NCBI GenBank assembly: GCA_964057225.1
Contig: OZ059896.1
Span: 17,608,001-17,672,000, forward strand
Direction: 5' to 3'
Length of the DNA stretch: 64,000 nucleotides
Origin: Auanema rhodensis
Lineage: Eukaryota; Animalia; Nematoda
Part shown: piece by piece, positions 60,400 through 64,000 of the stretch
How the letters are laid out: the number at the start of each line of letters is the position of its first letter
How positions within the stretch are numbered: position 1 is the stretch's first letter
Translations under genes and position numbers: made by a program
The notes under the pieces: generated by a model
The model's database searches: none
Seen by the model: only the letters and a program-made list of their open reading frames with translations
What the model was told of the DNA's origin: nothing

Positions 60400-63300
60400 G
60401 GAATAGAGAAGATAAGTCAGAGGAGATAAGTCAAAGGAGGTTTGTATAGATTTTGAAATCAAAAGTTATGTTTCAATTCTGACAAGCTGACGATCAAAGC
60501 AGGCATTTGGCAACCAACGATAATAACCGATTAGAGTTATCAGTACGTTAGCCTCACAGTTCAAGGTTTTCAGTATAAAATATAAGATCAATGTAACAGA
60601 GAGAAATCATTATTGAAACAGTATAAATTAAAAAATAAGATATTTATCTCTTTTTCTCGTTAGAGTAAAGACTAAGCAGCTTATTATTTGACTGAATGAA
60701 CTATACTAACTAGATGCCTTATCAGATTCAATATGGAAAAATTGGAAACAAAGAAGTCAAAACCGTATGTTGTATTAGCTGTCGGCTGATAGAAAAGACG
60801 TCAAAGATGATGAAGAAGAAGACGATGAAGAGATTTTTTGAAGCCAAATGACCCTACGTGATCATATCAAACTATTGGCAACTGAAGGACGTATTCGAAG
60901 ATAAGTATCAAAAAGACATAAAACTGTGAATGACGTCAATTTCGGCCTCTATTTTTTTTGAGAAAGAAAAACATTCAGAGAATCTTGACAGAAGTCAGTA
61001 TTATGTGAGACCAATGGCATACGAATAGAAAATTGAGTAATTGAAGAGTATTTTGAGAGAGGGAGAGAGAAGAGCGGGTAGAGAGAAATGAATTTGATCT
61101 TGATTATGAAGCATGAAGGTAAAACCAACATGTCCAACAACCCACTAGATGAAAACAAGTATGTTCATACAAATAACGAATAATTCTCTTAAGATCTATG
61201 TAAAAATGTATTGAAATCATAAATAAATGAGTCACAACCAAATCTATATGGAAAATGATTTGACTAGTCATTTTGATCTCTTATAGCTTTGTACATTCAA
61301 AGGAAATCAATGAAATTTAGAGAATTAATTTGAACAATTTCATCAAATTGAGGAAAGCGGATTTTAAACTTAACTAATAATGAGTTTAAAAAAAAGTTTT
61401 TATTGGATAAAACAGAAGAGCGACGAGAAGGATACACAATTGGGAAACAATTTAAGAGGGAAATATGAAGAGAAAGAAATAAAATAGGACATCAAATGAG
61501 CTCAACAGAATGGAAAAGAAGAGGCAATGTAATCAAATGTTTCTAAATTCATGCTAAACGGAAATAAGATCAATTGTTATAAACCTTCTTAAGATAACAA
61601 CAGCTCGCTGAAGAGGATATGTTGAATAGAATGAGCAGGAGTGAACTAAATATCCCTCAGAGTCTCTCGCTTTCTCTCTCTCTCTTTTGCTCTTATTTTT
61701 TCTTTCTGTTTTCACCTTTTCTCGATCTATCTACTTTCTTTTTGTTTCTTTATTGCCTTTATCTCTCAGTATTCCTTTTAAGTATAGACTTAACAGGTAA
61801 TTCAAATCTGAAAACAAGAACTTTCTAACATAGAAGTTTAAAGATAAATTAAAAATTCGAAAATCTCATAAAATGTTATGAAAATAGGTATCATAAATTT
61901 AATTTAATTTTAAAAGATATAGTTAAATTATATTGAAAATAGCATTCGTTATGAGAAATTTGGAGAACAATTCTCTATAAAGAACAAGACAATTGATAAG
62001 ATTATTTGATTTATATAAGGTAGTCATATCTTGAAACTTGGAAACTCATTATCGTCATCAAATTTAAAAAGCATAGTTTTGGGGCTGTACCCAAAACCTG
62101 CTTATGTTTCAAAACTCTTGTTCAACGTACCTACACTGATCCTGAACATTTTTCTTGAAAATATTATTTAATGTTTTCAAAAAATGTTTATAGTTGAGGA
62201 GCAACGGTTAGGGTAGAAACAATGAAGGGCTGTGAAAGTGGTCAATAGGGCAACAGAAATAAAAAGTTTCATCTCGAATCTGCTGGTTGTTGTTTTTTTT
62301 CTTCGAGACAGCTTCAGCGTTTTCTCGTGACTTTTATAATGTTTTCTCATGTTTGATTATCAATTATTTTTGAACTTTTAGCAATCCAAAAAAACGTTTC
62401 TCTTTGACAAAATTGTCGGTTTCGCTAGATGGCAGCGACAAAAATATATTGAATTCGAAATCAGAATGTATCGGTATTGTTCAAGTAAGAAGCTAACAAA
62501 CGACTTACGTAAGTGATAAGAACTTTCTTTCACAGCAAAAGCTTACATGTGCGTCAAATGGTGTTGTGTCATGGAAAGAATTAATGTGATTTACGTCAGA
62601 AGAAATTTGAAAAGTTTCAAGGTTTTGATGATTTTGATAAATAAATACTTGAATTCGTAGTAATATAGCAGTTAAGGAAAAAAAAGAAAAAGAAAAATTG
62701 TGAGTATATTCAATTGATACTATACTATTATTTGGACTTGGTATTGAGACGTTTTGATTTCAAATACGGATATTGAAATGCATACTATGGAATATTTTGT
62801 ATTGTTTAAAGGATGTAAATGCTATTAAGACAATCAATCAGTCAATTAATTTATTTGAACTGAAATGAGAAAAATGGCTATTAGCAATAACATTGCAGAA
62901 AAAAAAGAGTGAGAGAGAGAATTTTGCAACAGACAGAGACAGCCAGAAAGCATACAGCACATATACGCCCTAGTCCATATGAATGGTTTTTCTTCGTTCT
63001 AAATTATAATTATAACTTTTGAAATATATGATTTGTAACAAGTTTGCTGCAATTGCTCCCCATTGGTGGATGTCTTGGTTGTTCGTTTTCTGCATACTAC
63101 GACTTTTCTCAAGTTGTCTCGTACATTTCTAAGTTCGAATCAGGTTATTATCTAATGTATGCACTGAATAGCACTGAATTGAAAAAGTAAAAATAATCAA
63201 GGAAAATGAATAGACAGAAAAGAGACGAAGAGTAAGAAGTAAGCTTAAGAATGAAAGAATAAAAATTTTGTCAAGGAAAGATGTCCTTTGCACTTACGTA

Positions 63301-64000
63301 GGCCGACCCACTGATTTCAAGATTTTTGCTTTCGTTATAATACTGATAAGTTTATTTTATTTGATTTCAAAAATAAAGTAACAAATATAAAAATATTATT
63401 AAGATTGTATTTATAATATACTACTCCATTTCTGAAGTATTATTGTTAAAAGTGGGACAGATTACTTTTATTTGGTTGTGTGTGAAAGGTGGAAAGGACA
63501 TATCCGACAATGACAGAACAACGCATAATAAGATGATGAGAAAGAAAAGAGAGAATTAACGAGGGATGTAGAAGAGGTAGGTACAAAGAGAAAAATAAGA
63601 GAATGAAGCTTAAATTGGATATGATTTTTGACCATAAGAGTTTTGAAGCAGAAAACATAAGTCTAATATCCATTTATACTTATTATATACAAATACTTTG
63701 ATTATTGATGAACTGGAGAAAACATGATTTGAAGACGAGGAGGATATTCGGTGAAAAACAAAACATGAAAATAATTAAAACTGCTTAATTCGGTTAGAAA
63801 ATCTCATTTACAAGGTTATATTTGAAACTGTTTTTCAAAAGAAAAATAATTATTTTGTATGATTATAGCCATAATATATTCTTCTTGAATAACAAACAGG
63901 ACCAAAAATCTTTGAAAAGAAAGAGAAGTTGAAGTTGAAAAGGAGAATATAAGAGATTAAGCAATGAAAGGGAAGAGGATAATGTCCTAACCTTTTGTGA

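Overview
AT-rich eukaryotic DNA from a nematode, judged by 43-80 nt GT-AG introns with TTTCAG/TTTTAG acceptors, a nematode-type vitellogenin and a serpentine chemoreceptor. Four intron-containing minus-strand genes are recognisable: a vit-6-like vitellogenin (4628-9821) with TATA/VPE1/GATA promoter elements, a GLUT-type sugar transporter (~10571-13800), an Sre-like chemoreceptor (15569-~18121) and a plasma-membrane Ca2+-ATPase of the mca-3 type (27400-38805) with several alternative exons and a probable 5' extension to 44859. The most striking unexplained feature is an apparently perfect 555-bp inverted repeat (21112-21666 / 25462-26016). Each arm holds an inward-facing two-exon micro-gene (GC box, TATA, ATG, 76-nt intron). 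Splicing gives a 69-aa or 67-aa protein with a PP1-docking RVxF-type motif (RKVTF) and a PP2A-B56-type motif (LETVFEEE). The ORF track misses this because it does not splice. Bases ~46-64 kb have no recognisable coding gene and are rich in AG/TA microsatellites and small GC-rich islands. Exon boundaries were derived by eye and need RNA confirmation.
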